Shown: one piece after another, positions 19,701-30,714 of the stretch | How positions within the stretch are numbered: the stretch's first letter is position 1 | How the letters are laid out: the number at the start of each line of letters is the position of its first letter | DNA from: an uncultured Spirochaeta sp. | GTDB lineage: Bacteria; Spirochaetota; Spirochaetia; DSM-27196; Alkalispirochaetaceae | Length of the DNA: 64,000 bases | NCBI GenBank assembly: GCA_913030605.1 | Contig: CAJWEZ010000008.1 | Span: 2,266 to 66,265 of the forward strand | Direction: 5' to 3' | Notes under the pieces: model-generated | The model's database searches: none | What the model saw: only the letters and a program-made list of their open reading frames with translations | Told to the model about the DNA's origin: nothing | Made by a program: the position numbers and the translations under genes

Positions 19701-21366
19701 CGGCGCCCTTGCTGGCGGAACTGCACAGCTGCCCGAACTTCCACAACGCACCGCGGGGATACTTTGTCTCCTTCGGAGACCACTCACCGCGGCGCCGCGC
19801 AAGCTCCTCGTCATCCACCGCCACCGACAGTTCCTTTTTCTTCGTGGAAACGGTCACCATGTCACCGTCGCGGATCAGGGCGATCGTTCCTCCGACCTGC
19901 GCCTCCGGCGCCACGTGGCCGACGACCATACCGTGGGATCCCCCGGAAAACCGTCCGTCGGTGATCAAAGCGACGTCCTTGCTGAGACCGGCGCCGGCAA
20001 TCGCCGCGGTCGGGGCGAGCATCTCGCGCATCCCGGGACCACCCTTGGGCCCCTCGTAGCGAATCACCACCACGTCGCCCTTGCTGACCTCGTCGTTGAG
20101 GATCGCCGTCAGCGCCGCCTCCTCATCGTCGAACACGCGCGCCGGACCGGTGTGCTCGAACTCGTTGAGACCGCACGTTTTGACCACCGCGCCTTCTTCA
20201 GCGAGATTGCCGTGCAGAATCGCGATCGGTCCCCGATCCTGTTCCGGTGCATCGAAGGGGTGCACCACATCCTGGCCATCCAGAGCGACCTTCACGTCCT
20301 TGAGGTTTTCGGCCACGGTCTTGCCCGTCACGGTGAGACAGTCGCCGTGCAGCATCCCCTGGTCCAGAAGCATCTTCATGACCATCTGCACGCCGCCGAC
20401 CTCGAAGAGGTCCTGCATGACGTAGCGTCCGGCGGGCTTCATGTCCGTCAGAATCGGCGTCGTATCGTAGAAGTGGTTGAACTCATCGATCGTGAGGTCC
20501 ACGTCCACCTCGTGGGCCAGGGCGAGGAGATGAAGCACCGAGTTTGTACTCCCTCCCAGCGCCATGACCACACGGATCGCGTTTTCGAACGCCTTTCGGG
20601 TCATGATGTCGCGCGGCGTGATGTTTTCACGCACGCAGTGCCAGAGGGCATCGGCACTCGCCTGCTGCACCCATGTGCGCAGCTCGTGCGTCGCCGGAAC
20701 CGAGGCGTTCCCCGGGATACCGATCCCGATCGCCTCCATCGCCGATGCCATCGTGTTGGCGGTGTACATGCCCCCGCAGGCGCCGGCGCCGGGGCAGGCG
20801 TGTGCCTCGATCCCGTGGCGCTCTTCCTCAGAGATACGCCCCGCGGAGTAGGCACCAAGCGCCTCGAAGGCGCTGACGATATCGATCTTGCGGCCCTTGT
20901 AGATGCCCGGAGCGATCGACCCGCCGTACACGAACACCGACGGCACGTTCATGCGCGCCATGCCCATCACCGTGCCCGGGATCGTCTTGTCGCACCCGCC
21001 GATCCCCAGCAGCGCGTCCATCTGGTGGCCGTGGGCGTCCAGTTCAATCACGTCGGCGATCGTATCCCTGGAGACCAGAGACGCCTTCATGCCCTCGTGT
21101 CCCATCGCCTCGCCGTCGGTGACGACGAAGGTGTGGAAGCTCATCGGCATCGCTCCCAGTTCCTTCAGCCGCTGCTTGGAGATTTCCGCGAGCTGATCGT
21201 GGTGTACGTTGCACGGACTGACGTCGCTCCCGGCGCTGGCAACACCGATAATCGGTTTTTTGAAGTCGTTGTCACCGAATCCAACCGCGCGGAGCATCGC
21301 CCGGTTGGCGGTACGCTCCACGCCCTGCGTCATCACCCACGATTTCCGGTTCAGGTTTTCCGCCAT
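19690..21366 (-). CDS. ilvD: Dihydroxy-acid dehydratase
   Basis: [66 protein letters not shown]. Confidence 0.96.
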   Translation of the reverse strand: MAENLNRKSWVMTQGVERTANRAMLRAVGFGDNDFKKPIIGVASAGSDVSPCNVHHDQLAEISKQRLKELGAMPMSFHTFVVTDGEAMGHEGMKASLVSRDTIADVIELDAHGHQMDALLGIGGCDKTIPGTVMGMARMNVPSVFVYGGSIAPGIYKGRKIDIVSAFEALGAYSAGRISEEERHGIEAHACPGAGACGGMYTANTMASAMEAIGIGIPGNASVPATHELRTWVQQASADALWHCVRENITPRDIMTRKAFENAIRVVMALGGSTNSVLHLLALAHEVDVDLTIDEFNHFYDTTPILTDMKPAGRYVMQDLFEVGGVQMVMKMLLDQGMLHGDCLTVTGKTVAENLKDVKVALDGQDVVHPFDAPEQDRGPIAILHGNLAEEGAVVKTCGLNEFEHTGPARVFDDEEAALTAILNDEVSKGDVVVIRYEGPKGGPGMREMLAPTAAIAGAGLSKDVALITDGRFSGGSHGMVVGHVAPEAQVGGTIALIRDGDMVTVSTKKKELSVAVDDEELARRRGEWSPKETKYPRGALWKFGQLCSSASKGAVTS

Positions 21367-21376
21367 GATCTCCCCC

Positions 21377-21994
21377 TTACCCGGCGAACCCGGACAGATA
21401 CGGAATGTGCGACGCCCGTTCCTCGATCAGCCCGACGTTGGACAGCAGGACCGAGGTGGAGTCCCAGTTTCCGGCGATGAGCGCGCTCCGGTAGGCGGGA
21501 GGCATATCGAACGTGTACTCCGTGTCCCCCACCGTGATCGTTGAGGAGGGGAGGTCGACGGAGAGCATGGTGGACGGATCGCTCTCGATCCGCTTCTGGA
21601 TTTCCACGATCGTCTCGTGGGGCAGGATCACCGCCGGTACGCCCATGGCAGTACAGTTTCCGGCGAAAATCTCGGCGAACGACTCTCCCACGACGGCCTT
21701 GATGCCCGACCGCATCAGCGCCTGCGGAGCGTGCTCCCGCGAGGACCCGCATCCGAAGTTCCGATTCACGACCATGATCGAAGCGCCGGCAAACCGCTCA
21801 TCGTTGAACGGGTGCGGCTTCTGTTCGCCACCTTCCGTGAAGCGAAGGTCGTAGAACGCGTACTCTCCAAGGCCATCAAAGGTCACGACCTTCATGAACC
21901 GGGCGGGGATGATCTGATCGGTGTCGATATCGTTGCCTGCGACCACCACGGCGGTGCCTTCCACGTGACTGATTGCGTGTTTGATTTCCTGCAT
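21377..21994 (-). CDS. leuD: 3-isopropylmalate dehydratase small subunit
   Basis: [32 protein letters not shown]. Confidence 0.96.
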   Translation of the reverse strand: MQEIKHAISHVEGTAVVVAGNDIDTDQIIPARFMKVVTFDGLGEYAFYDLRFTEGGEQKPHPFNDERFAGASIMVVNRNFGCGSSREHAPQALMRSGIKAVVGESFAEIFAGNCTAMGVPAVILPHETIVEIQKRIESDPSTMLSVDLPSSTITVGDTEYTFDMPPAYRSALIAGNWDSTSVLLSNVGLIEERASHIPYLSGFAG

Positions 21995-22021
21995 CGTGTT
22001 GCTCCTTTTCCGTGCTGATTC

Positions 22022-23443
22022 TCAGACCACCGGTTCCGGCGACGGCGCCAGTTCCCGCACATCGGATACCTCACCGGTAATCGCCGCGGCGGCGACCATG
22101 GCGGGGCTCATGAGAAGGGTGCGGCCCATCGGGGAGCCCTGACGTCCCACAAAGTTGCGGTTCGAGCTGGACGCCGAGATCTCCCGGTCGTTCAGCTTGT
22201 CGGGGTTCATCGCCAGGCACATCGAACACCCGGCGCCGCGCCAGTCAAATCCGGCTTCGCGGAAGATCTCCGGGAGCCCTTCGCGCTCCGCCTGGATCGA
22301 CACCTGCTTGGATCCGGGTACCACGAAGGCGCGGACACCCTTGGCAACCTTCTGCCCCTTCACGATGCGCGCCGCCTCCCGCAGGTCGCTGATGCGGCCG
22401 TTGGTGCAGCTTCCCAGGAACGCAACATCGATCTTTTTGCCCCTGATCGGCTCGCGCTCGGCAAATCCCATGTGAGCCAGCGCCTTTTCTGCGGTCTCAC
22501 GCTGTTCATCCGGCAGCTCCCGGAGCGAGGGAATCCGATCCTCGACCGAAATCGCCTGCCCCGGTGTAATGCCCCAGGTCACCATCGGCGCGAGCTGGTC
22601 GGCGTCGAGGTTGAACACGTCGTCATACTCAGCGTCGGCGTCACTGGCGATGCTCTTCCAGAACGTCACCGCCTCGTCGAACGCTTCACCCGCGGGCGCA
22701 TACTGCCGGCCTTCAATGTAGTCGAACGTCGTCTGGTCGGGGTTTACGTATCCGACGCGGGCGCCGCCTTCGATACTCATATTGCAGATCGTCATGCGCT
22801 CTTCCATGCTCAGCGCGTGGATCGCCTCACCGTTGTACTCGTAGGCGTAGCCGATACCGCCGTTGACACCGAGTTCGGCGATGATCTTCAGGATGATGTC
22901 CTTGGCGTAGACGCCGGGCCGCAACCGGCCGGAGACGTCGATCTTCCGGACCTTCGGGCGGCTGAGTGCCATCGTCTGCGTGGCGAGAACGTCTCGGATC
23001 TGCGAGGTACCGATCCCGAATCCAATCGCACCGAAGGCGCCGTGGGTCGAGGTGTGGCTGTCGCCACAGGCGATCGTCATGCCCGGCTGGGTGAGTCCCA
23101 GCTCCGGCCCGATGATATGGACGATGCCCTGGTGGTCGGTGTGGAGGCCGAAGAACTCGATGCCGTGCTTCTCGGTGTTCCGCTCGATCGCCTGCATCAT
23201 CTCCTCCGCCAGACGGTCCTTGAACGGACGCTCCTGACTTGCCGTGGGGACGATGTGGTCGACGGTGGCAAAGGTTCGATCGGGACGCAGTACCTTGAGT
23301 CCGCGTTCCTCGAGCATCTGGAACGCCTGCGGCGAAGTTACTTCGTGGATCAGGTGCAGACCGATGAACAGCTGGTCCTGCCCGGAATCCAGCGTCGTAA
23401 CCTTGTGCATGTCCCATACCGTATTGAACAAATTGCGTTTCAT
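22022..23443 (-). CDS. leuC: 3-isopropylmalate dehydratase large subunit
   Basis: [52 protein letters not shown]. Confidence 0.97.
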   Translation of the reverse strand: MKRNLFNTVWDMHKVTTLDSGQDQLFIGLHLIHEVTSPQAFQMLEERGLKVLRPDRTFATVDHIVPTASQERPFKDRLAEEMMQAIERNTEKHGIEFFGLHTDHQGIVHIIGPELGLTQPGMTIACGDSHTSTHGAFGAIGFGIGTSQIRDVLATQTMALSRPKVRKIDVSGRLRPGVYAKDIILKIIAELGVNGGIGYAYEYNGEAIHALSMEERMTICNMSIEGGARVGYVNPDQTTFDYIEGRQYAPAGEAFDEAVTFWKSIASDADAEYDDVFNLDADQLAPMVTWGITPGQAISVEDRIPSLRELPDEQRETAEKALAHMGFAEREPIRGKKIDVAFLGSCTNGRISDLREAARIVKGQKVAKGVRAFVVPGSKQVSIQAEREGLPEIFREAGFDWRGAGCSMCLAMNPDKLNDREISASSSNRNFVGRQGSPMGRTLLMSPAMVAAAAITGEVSDVRELAPSPEPVV

Positions 23444-23468
23444 GAAAATTCTCCGCTCTATCGCGCGT

Positions 23469-24005
23469 CTACGCGGTCATCTCACTGCCGCGCGCCATGA
23501 GGACTTTGCCGGTTCGTACCAGCTCCATAACCGAATACGTTCGCAGAACGCTGATCGCGCTGTCGAGGCGCTCACTCGTTCCGGTGATCTGGACGGTAAG
23601 ACTGGTGTCGTCCAGGTCGATCGTGTCGCACTTGAGGGCGTGGGCCAGCTGGAGCAGTTCGCCGCGTTCCTCGGAGGTGCACGCGATCTTAATCAGCGCC
23701 AGTTCCCGCTGGATGATATTCTCTCCGGTGCGGTCGGAGGCGTGGACGACGTCAATCAGCTTGTTTAGCTGCTTCAGAATCTGGTCCAGCGTCCGCTCGT
23801 CCCCCGACGCCACGATGTTCATCATGGAAAAGTCGGGGTCGCTGGCGGGAGAGACGACCAGACTGTCGATGTTGTACCCGCGCCGGGCAAACACCAGCGA
23901 GATCCGAATCAGTACACCGGGACGGTTCGCCACCAGCAGACTGATCGTGTGCTTGCGATATCGTTCGGTATCCGGCGCCACGTGCGCCATGCTCATGTTG
24001 CTCAT
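23469..24005 (-). CDS. ilvN: Acetolactate synthase regulatory subunit
   Basis: [38 protein letters not shown]; TAATG coupling with ilvB. Confidence 0.93.
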   Translation of the reverse strand: MSNMSMAHVAPDTERYRKHTISLLVANRPGVLIRISLVFARRGYNIDSLVVSPASDPDFSMMNIVASGDERTLDQILKQLNKLIDVVHASDRTGENIIQRELALIKIACTSEERGELLQLAHALKCDTIDLDDTSLTVQITGTSERLDSAISVLRTYSVMELVRTGKVLMARGSEMTA

Positions 24006-25714
24006 TACGTACTCCCCACCGGCTTGGCCAGTTTCTTCTTCGGAGCTTCCGTGATCATGTCGGCGTACGACGCACCCGACGGGATCATCGGATAGACGTT
24101 GTCCTCCTTGGCGACTTCCACATCGATCAGGCACGGCCCGTCGTTGTAGGCCAGGGCGGCCCCGATCACGCGCTTGACGTCGGCGCTGCGCCGGAGACGA
24201 AAGCCCTTCACGCCGAAGCTCTCGGCGAGCTTCACGAAGTTCGGGTTCCCCTCCATGTCAACGCCGGACAGGCGGTTCTCGAAGAAGAGCTCCTGCCACT
24301 GCCGTACCATCCCGAGATAGGCGTTGTTGACGATCACGATCTTCAGCGGCAGCCGGTTGATCACGGCGGTTGCCAGCTCGAACATCGTCATCTGAAAGCC
24401 GCCGTCGCCGAGAATCGCCACGACGGTTTCGTCGCGATGCGCGAACTGTGCACCGATCGCCGCCGGCAGGCCGAAGCCCATCGTCCCGGCGCCACCACTC
24501 GAGATCCACTGAAAGCGGTGATCGATCAGATAGTACTGCGCCGCCCACATCTGGTGCTGCCCCACGTCGGTGGCCACGTAGGCACGGCCCTCCGTCTGGC
24601 GATAGATCTCATCAAGGACGTGTTCCGCCTTGAGCTTGCCACTCTTCTTGAACTTGAGCGGGTACTCGCGGCGCCACATCTCGATGCGCGCGAGCCAGTC
24701 GGCGGTATCGCCGGGCTCCGCGATCGCGGCGATCTGATCCACCACGAGCGCCGCGTCTCCCTGAATCGCCAGGTCCATCGGCAACACCTTGTCGAACTCA
24801 GCGGCGTCGATGTCCACGTGGATCTTCTCGGCGTTCGGAACGAACCGATTGGGATCGCCAACGATTCGGTCGTCCCACCGCGACCCGATAGAGATGATCA
24901 GGTCGCAGTGCTCCACGGCGCGGTTGGCGTAGGCGGTACCGTGCATGCCCAGCATCCCCAACGAGAGCGGATGGGACTCCGGAAACGCCCCCTTTCCGAG
25001 GAGCGTGTTTACCACCGGGATCTGCATCTTCTCGGCGAGGTACGCCAGCGCCTTGTCGGCACCGGAAATGACGGCCCCGTGACCCGCAAGAATCACCGGA
25101 CGTCGGGCACGGCCGAGCATCCGGGCGGCTCGTTCCACGAGGTCGGGATCGCCTTCGCCGGGCACGGAGTAGCCGGGCAGCTCGAACGTCTCGGAGTAGT
25201 CGGTTTCCACCGTGGCGCTGGATACGTCCTTCGGCACATCGATCAGCACCGGCCCCGGACGTCCCGTCTGGCAGATGTAAAACGCCTCTTTCATGACCCG
25301 CGGCAGATCCGCAGCGTCCTTCACGAGATACGAGTGCTTCACCACGGGGTAGGAGATGCCGGACACGTCCGCTTCCTGGAACGCGTCCATCCCCAGGTTC
25401 CACGTCGTCTGCTGTCCCGCGATGACGATCATTGGAACAGAGTCCATGTGCGCCGTGAGAATGCCGGTAATGGTGTTGGTGGCGCCGGGACCGGAGGTGA
25501 CCAGCACCACAGCGGGCTTCCCGGTGGCGCGGGCGTATCCGTCGGCCATGTGGGTCGCACCCTGTTCATGACGGGTTAGGACAAACTGTACCGGCGAATC
25601 GACGATCGCGTCGAAGATCGGAATGGCTGCACCGCCGGGATACCCGAAGATGTACTCGACACCGTGGTGTTGGATCATGTCAACGATGATCTCTGCACCC
25701 GTCTTGGTATACAT
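24005..25714 (-). CDS. ilvB: Acetolactate synthase large subunit
   Basis: [44 protein letters not shown]...[12 protein letters not shown] (ThDP motif); GAAGGGAG SD before ATG 25714. Confidence 0.96.
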   Translation of the reverse strand: MYTKTGAEIIVDMIQHHGVEYIFGYPGGAAIPIFDAIVDSPVQFVLTRHEQGATHMADGYARATGKPAVVLVTSGPGATNTITGILTAHMDSVPMIVIAGQQTTWNLGMDAFQEADVSGISYPVVKHSYLVKDAADLPRVMKEAFYICQTGRPGPVLIDVPKDVSSATVETDYSETFELPGYSVPGEGDPDLVERAARMLGRARRPVILAGHGAVISGADKALAYLAEKMQIPVVNTLLGKGAFPESHPLSLGMLGMHGTAYANRAVEHCDLIISIGSRWDDRIVGDPNRFVPNAEKIHVDIDAAEFDKVLPMDLAIQGDAALVVDQIAAIAEPGDTADWLARIEMWRREYPLKFKKSGKLKAEHVLDEIYRQTEGRAYVATDVGQHQMWAAQYYLIDHRFQWISSGGAGTMGFGLPAAIGAQFAHRDETVVAILGDGGFQMTMFELATAVINRLPLKIVIVNNAYLGMVRQWQELFFENRLSGVDMEGNPNFVKLAESFGVKGFRLRRSADVKRVIGAALAYNDGPCLIDVEVAKEDNVYPMIPSGASYADMITEAPKKKLAKPVGST

Positions 25715-25743
25715 GAAGTTTCTCCCTTCACCGTAAGGTTTCA

Positions 25744-25775
25744 AGCAGTTTTTCACTGCTCCATATGAAAGTCAA
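25744..25775 (-). promoter_or_regulatory. Putative ilv-leu promoter with overlapping inverted repeat
   Basis: Minus strand TTGACT (25775-25770), 17 nt, AAAACT (25752-25747); AGCAGT-ttttc-ACTGCT at 25744-25760 overlaps the -10. Confidence 0.45.
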
Positions 25776-25944
25776 GCGCAAGACCCTGATCGGGGTCGAT
25801 TTTTATCGTTTTTCACCCGAACTTTGAATAGTATTCCGGAATTCTATGCCGATTTTGCACGTCTCAGACCACAAATTATGCCCACCAACAGTTTTTCGGC
25901 CGGATTTTGAACGCGCAAGACGCGTCAGATTGTCGTTCCCCGGC

Positions 25945-25974
25945 TTGGTCCCGGCGGGAGATACTTAGTATCTT
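25945..25974 (+). promoter_or_regulatory. Putative crtB promoter with perfect palindrome over the -10
   Basis: TTGGTC (25945-50), 18 nt, TATCTT (25969-74); AGATACT-T-AGTATCT at 25959-25973. Confidence 0.45.
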
Positions 25975-26002
25975 GACGGCAGCACAGCAGAGGAGGGGGC
26001 GC

Positions 26003-26821
26003 ATGCAGACAGCGGCGGTTCACTACGAAACGTTCAGGCAGGGCAGCAGGACCTATTTCAATTCCACCCGGTTCTTTCCCGAACCGGTCAGGAGCGACGT
26101 GTTTCTCCTGTATGGGTTTGTGCGGGTGGCGGACAACTACGTTGATTCGGTTCCGCAGGACCGTGCCGGGTTCGAGGCGTTCGTCGGGCGGTACTACCAG
26201 GCGCTGTCCTCCGGCCCCGTGGGTGATCCGATCATCGACGGGTTCGTCGAACTCTCGGCCCGCCGCGGATTTGAGGAGCGCTGGGTGGAGGCGTTCCTGA
26301 AATCGATGCGCATGGATCTCTCGAAGCGCGTGCACGCAACGCTTCCCGAAGCACTGGAGTACATATACGGTTCCGCAGAGGTCATCGGCCTGTTCATGGC
26401 ACGAATCATGGAACTCAACGAAGACGCCAGTCATGCCGCGCGGTTACTGGGACGGGCGATGCAGTACATCAATTTCATCCGGGACATCGCCGAGGACAAT
26501 CGCCTCGGCCGAACCTACCTGCCCATTTCCGAAACGACACTGCCCGACCTCTCCGAGGAGACGGCCGGTAAACACCGGGAGGAGTTCCGTCGTTTTGTCC
26601 AGGCGCAGCTTGACCGATACCTCGAGTGGCAGGCGGAGGCCGAAATGGGATACCATCTGATCCCGAAACGTTATCGTGTCCCGATAAAAACCGCCGGCGA
26701 TATGTACAAGTGGACCGGACAGACGATCGCCAGCGACCCGTTCGTGGTGTTCGACCGCAAGGTCAAACCCAACCGGGCACGAATCGTTTTCACCGGACTG
26801 TTCAACGCAATCTGCTGCTGA
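26003..26821 (+). CDS. crtB: Phytoene/squalene synthase family protein
   Basis: GS.TYF, LYGFVRVADNYVD, YIYGSAEVIG, LGRAMQYINFIRDIAED, GRTYLP; GGAGG SD before ATG 26003. Confidence 0.85.
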   Translation: MQTAAVHYETFRQGSRTYFNSTRFFPEPVRSDVFLLYGFVRVADNYVDSVPQDRAGFEAFVGRYYQALSSGPVGDPIIDGFVELSARRGFEERWVEAFLKSMRMDLSKRVHATLPEALEYIYGSAEVIGLFMARIMELNEDASHAARLLGRAMQYINFIRDIAEDNRLGRTYLPISETTLPDLSEETAGKHREEFRRFVQAQLDRYLEWQAEAEMGYHLIPKRYRVPIKTAGDMYKWTGQTIASDPFVVFDRKVKPNRARIVFTGLFNAICC

Positions 26822-26835
26822 AAGGCTGATACACC

Positions 26836-27891
26836 ATGCATTCCTCCATCACGGAAAGCCGCGACGCCGTCGCCGGGGAACTCGAATCGTTCATCCGCGA
26901 GGCGCCCTCCCGCACCCTCAGTTTTGAGCCCTGGGGCTCCGATGTCGCCCGCCGCCTCGCGGAGTACGCGCTCCGCGGCAAGCTCATCCGCGGGGCCCTC
27001 GTCGGCTTTGCCTACCGCCTGTACCATCCGGAAGAAACCGTCCCCGCCGCATCCGCCCAGGCAGGTGCCGCCATGGAGCTCCTTCAGTCGTTTCTTCTGG
27101 TCCACGACGACATCATGGATCAGGATGACCTGCGCCGTGGCAGAGCCGCCGTCCACAGCCAGTACGCCGCGACGGCACCGGTGGATGACCTGGTCCGGCG
27201 GCGACAGTACGGGCTGTCCATGGGGATCTGCGTCGGCGACATCGCCGCCTTCCTGGCGATCGAGCGTCTCGGGACCCTCGATGTCGACGACGCAACCCGG
27301 GGACGCATCGTGACGCTGGTATCCCGCGAGATCTCGCTGGTGGGGCTGGCGCAGATGCAGGACGTGCACCACGGGTACGCCCCGGAAGCGACCGACGAGG
27401 CGATCCTCGAGGTGTACACCTACAAAACCGGTCGCTACACGTTCAGTCTCCCGATGATGATCGGGGGAATCCTGGCGGGTGCGCCGAACGCGGATCTGCA
27501 GAAACTCGCCCGCCTCGGCGAGCAGTTCGGCCGTATTTTTCAGATCCGCGACGATCAGTTGGGGTTATTTGGCACCAGCGATGAAACCGGAAAGCCCGAG
27601 GGCAGCGACATTCGTGAGGACAAGAAGACCCCCTTTCGCAACGCGCTCCTCCGCGTGCTTCCGGCTGATTCGCCGGTGCGGGCTGCCTTCGGTGCCGAAG
27701 CCGTGGGTCCCGAGGAGATTGAGGCCGTACGCGCCGCTCTCCGGGAACACGGTATCGTGAAAACGGTGGAACGCGTCGTCGCCCGGGACGAGGCGGCGGC
27801 ACGGGGGCTCATCGCGGAACTCGACCTCGGCGAGGAGGGCACCGCAGCACTGTCGGCGCTCCTCGACTACAACCTCGGACGAACGGTGTAG
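26836..27891 (+). CDS. Polyprenyl (GGPP-type) diphosphate synthase
   Basis: GKLIR, ELLQSFLLVHDDIMDQD..RRG, KTGRYTF, FQIRDD.LG, DIREDKKT. Confidence 0.9.
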   Translation: MHSSITESRDAVAGELESFIREAPSRTLSFEPWGSDVARRLAEYALRGKLIRGALVGFAYRLYHPEETVPAASAQAGAAMELLQSFLLVHDDIMDQDDLRRGRAAVHSQYAATAPVDDLVRRRQYGLSMGICVGDIAAFLAIERLGTLDVDDATRGRIVTLVSREISLVGLAQMQDVHHGYAPEATDEAILEVYTYKTGRYTFSLPMMIGGILAGAPNADLQKLARLGEQFGRIFQIRDDQLGLFGTSDETGKPEGSDIREDKKTPFRNALLRVLPADSPVRAAFGAEAVGPEEIEAVRAALREHGIVKTVERVVARDEAAARGLIAELDLGEEGTAALSALLDYNLGRTV

Positions 27892-27950
27892 GGGCAGCCG
27901 CGCAGCCGGGCCCTCTCCGGCGGGCGGACCCGCCCCGCGATCCGTATCGG

Positions 27951-28538
27951 CTACGCGGATACCCCGGCGGATACGATCATCGACGCGAACAGCCGGTGAA
28001 TCCGGTAGTCGCCGGTGAGCTCCGGATGAAAACTCAGCGCCAGCACGCGGTCCTGTCGCACCAGGATCGGGGCATCTTCGAACCGTGCCAGCACCTCGAC
28101 CCCCGAACCGACGGACACAAAACGCGGGGCCCGGATGAACACGCCGGTTACCGGGTCGTCGCCGAGCTCAGGAACGGCGATGGCAGCCTCGAAACTGTCA
28201 ACCTGTCGTCCGTACGCGTTGCGTTCGATCACCGCATCCAGCACGCCAAGACGGACCTGGTCGGTTCCGACGATCTCACGGGACAGGAGAATCGCACCGG
28301 CGCAGGTCCCCATGACCGGCAATCCGCCGGCCACGGCGTCGATCGCCGGCCGCAGCAACCCGAACCGATCCATGAGCATCCCGATCGTCGTACTTTCGCC
28401 GCCAGGGATTACCAGTCCGTCGACACCAGCGATCTCTTCGCGACGTCGGATCGGTCGTGCGTCGAGACCAAGTTCCGCAAACACCTGCAGATGACGGTGA
28501 AAATCACCCTGAAACGCGATTACTCCCACTGTGCTCAT
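27951..28538 (-). CDS. pdxT: PLP synthase glutaminase subunit
   Basis: QGDF..H, PGGESTT, GTCAG, RNAYGRQVDSF, FIRAP, FHPELT. Confidence 0.95.
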   Translation of the reverse strand: MSTVGVIAFQGDFHRHLQVFAELGLDARPIRRREEIAGVDGLVIPGGESTTIGMLMDRFGLLRPAIDAVAGGLPVMGTCAGAILLSREIVGTDQVRLGVLDAVIERNAYGRQVDSFEAAIAVPELGDDPVTGVFIRAPRFVSVGSGVEVLARFEDAPILVRQDRVLALSFHPELTGDYRIHRLFASMIVSAGVSA

Positions 28539-28548
28539 ATACTCATCC

Positions 28549-28575
28549 AAAAAAAACGGCGGCCAAAGCCGCCGT
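28549..28575 (-). terminator. Intrinsic terminator-like hairpin between pdxS and pdxT
   Basis: Minus strand ACGGCGGC-tttg-GCCGCCGT followed by a T-run (A8 at 28549-28556 on the + strand). Confidence 0.8.
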
Positions 28576-28595
28576 CGCGTGTGCGTTCGATCGAC

Positions 28596-29501
28596 CTACC
28601 AGCCACGTCCCGCGAGACGATCTTCCTCCGGCATGACCGACACATTGATCCCGGTCATCGGTTCGCCTATACCCCGGGAAATCTCAACCAGTCTGGCCGG
28701 GTCGTCCCAGTAGGCGACCGCGTCCACGATCGCCCGAGCGCGCCGTGCGGGATTGTCCGACTTGAACACTCCGGATCCGACGAACACGGCTTCCGCACCG
28801 AGCTGCATCATGAGCGCCGCGTCCGCCGGTGTCGCGACGCCTCCGGCGGAGAAGTTCGGCACCGGCAGTTTTCCCGTCTGCGCCACCTCCGCGACCAGGT
28901 CGTAGGGAGCCCCCAGTTCCTTGGCACGGGTCATGAGTTCCTCTGCCGGGAGGTCACGCAGCGAACGGATCTCGGCGTGTACCGTCCGCAGGTGGCGCAC
29001 GGCCTCCACGATATCACCGGTTCCGGCCTCGCCCTTGGTGCGAATCAGGGCCGCGCCCTCGCCGATGCGTCGCAGCGCCTCGCCCAGGTTTCGGCAGCCG
29101 CACACGAAGGGCGCCTTGAAGCCGTGTTTGTCCACGTGGTACTGGTCGTCGGCGGGGGTCAGAACCTCGCTCTCGTCGATGAAATCGACACCCATCGCCT
29201 CGAGGATCCGCGCCTCCGAGAGGTGCCCGATCCGGCATTTGGCCATCACGGGAATCGACACCGCCTTCTGGATCTCCTCGATCATGGCGGGATCGCTCAT
29301 ACGGGCGACGCCACCCTGGGCGCGGATATCCGCGGGTACGCGTTCCAGCGCCATTACGGCCTGCGCACCGGCCTCAGCTGCTATACGGGCCTGTTCCGGG
29401 GTGGTGACATCCATGATCACGCCACCCTTGAGCATTTCGGCAAGTCCGATCTTGTTGCGCCACGTAGCGGTCTGGCGCCCGGACCATAGTGATTCGTTCA
29501 T
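28596..29501 (-). CDS. pdxS: PLP synthase lyase subunit
   Basis: [66 protein letters not shown]. Confidence 0.97.
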   Translation of the reverse strand: MNESLWSGRQTATWRNKIGLAEMLKGGVIMDVTTPEQARIAAEAGAQAVMALERVPADIRAQGGVARMSDPAMIEEIQKAVSIPVMAKCRIGHLSEARILEAMGVDFIDESEVLTPADDQYHVDKHGFKAPFVCGCRNLGEALRRIGEGAALIRTKGEAGTGDIVEAVRHLRTVHAEIRSLRDLPAEELMTRAKELGAPYDLVAEVAQTGKLPVPNFSAGGVATPADAALMMQLGAEAVFVGSGVFKSDNPARRARAIVDAVAYWDDPARLVEISRGIGEPMTGINVSVMPEEDRLAGRGW

Positions 29502-29569
29502 AGATACCCGAAAGGTATCCCCGCGCCTGACTCTCGTCAACGCCCCCGGGGGAGTGGTATCATCGCCCC

Positions 29570-30262
29570 ATGGACACCGTTGCAGATAACCTTGCCCGGA
29601 TCCGCGAGCGCATGGACAGCGCCTGTGTCCGGGCTGGACGTTCGCCCGACGACGTACGCCTGATGGCGGTCAGCAAGCGCCAGTCCCCGGAACGCCTTGC
29701 CGCGGCGGTGGCGTGCGGTCTCCGCCTTTTCGGCGAGAGCCGGGTGCAGGAGAGCGTTCAGAAGTGGGATCTGTTTCCACCGGATGCCACCGTGCACCTG
29801 ATCGGACATTTGCAGCGCAACAAGGCGCGCGACGCCGCGCGCATGTACCACGCGGTGGATTCGATCGATGCGGAACGCACGGCCGTCGCCCTCAACGACC
29901 GCCTGACGGAGGTTGACCGGCGCATGCCGGTCCTGCTGGAGGTCAACACCTCCGGCGAAGAGAGCAAGCAGGGGGTCGACACCTTCGATGATCTGCGGCG
30001 GCTGGTTGACGCGACGCGCTCCCTCGATCGCATCACGGTTGCCGGCCTCATGACGATCGGGCCGATCAGCAGCGAGGAAGCGCGTCTCCGGGGCGCGTTC
30101 GCACAACTCCGCGATTTCAGGGACCGGCTGGTCACCACGTTCCCGGAGCTCGATCTCGCGGAACTGTCGATGGGAATGAGCAACGACCTCGAGTACGCGA
30201 TTCTCGAGGGTGCCACGACGGTTCGGGTGGGGACGGCACTGTTTGGAGTGCGGGACAGATGA
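29570..30262 (+). CDS. yggS: PLP homeostasis protein (YggS/PLPBP)
   Basis: [55 protein letters not shown]. Confidence 0.95.
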   Translation: MDTVADNLARIRERMDSACVRAGRSPDDVRLMAVSKRQSPERLAAAVACGLRLFGESRVQESVQKWDLFPPDATVHLIGHLQRNKARDAARMYHAVDSIDAERTAVALNDRLTEVDRRMPVLLEVNTSGEESKQGVDTFDDLRRLVDATRSLDRITVAGLMTIGPISSEEARLRGAFAQLRDFRDRLVTTFPELDLAELSMGMSNDLEYAILEGATTVRVGTALFGVRDR

Positions 30263-30714
30263 CGTGGACCCGTAGATCACCACCAGTGCCCATAGTCGCC
30301 GTGCTTGTTCTCGTCGTGCTCGCCGGTCCTGCGGCGGGGCCCCTGGCGGCGCAGGCCCAGGGCGACGGCCAGGGACGCGGGACCGACACACTGGAGCCCG
30401 AGCCCTACCGCCCCGAGGAGTTTCCGCAGTGGACTCGAGATCTCCGGCGCGGCGAGATTATCGCCCTGGGGGCGTTCCCCGTCGCGATGATCCTCAGCGG
30501 GCTGAGCTATCAGGTCGGTCGATTCACGTATCACAGCATCGCCGCGGGCTCGCCGCAGCCGGAGTACGCCCCCGGGTTCCTTTCCCCGGACAGCGGCCCC
30601 CGCTACACCGGCGATGAGCGTGTGGGACTGATCGTCTCCGGGGCGATCATCAGCCTGGGGATCGCCGTCGCCGATTACCTCCTCGGGCGCCGTGAACGGA
30701 CGGCGGAGCCGTGA
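30259..30714 (+). CDS. Hypothetical membrane/secreted protein
   Basis: Signal-peptide-like N-terminus, PEPY..EEFPQW..DLRR.EII..G.FP, two hydrophobic segments; ATGA overlaps on both sides. Confidence 0.7.
   Translation: MTWTRRSPPVPIVAVLVLVVLAGPAAGPLAAQAQGDGQGRGTDTLEPEPYRPEEFPQWTRDLRRGEIIALGAFPVAMILSGLSYQVGRFTYHSIAAGSPQPEYAPGFLSPDSGPRYTGDERVGLIVSGAIISLGIAVADYLLGRRERTAEP

Noticed and set aside
25715-25760. Leader-peptide attenuator or T-box for the ilv-leu operon
   Set aside because: No BCAA-rich short ORF, T-box consensus or terminator hairpin between the putative promoter and ilvB.
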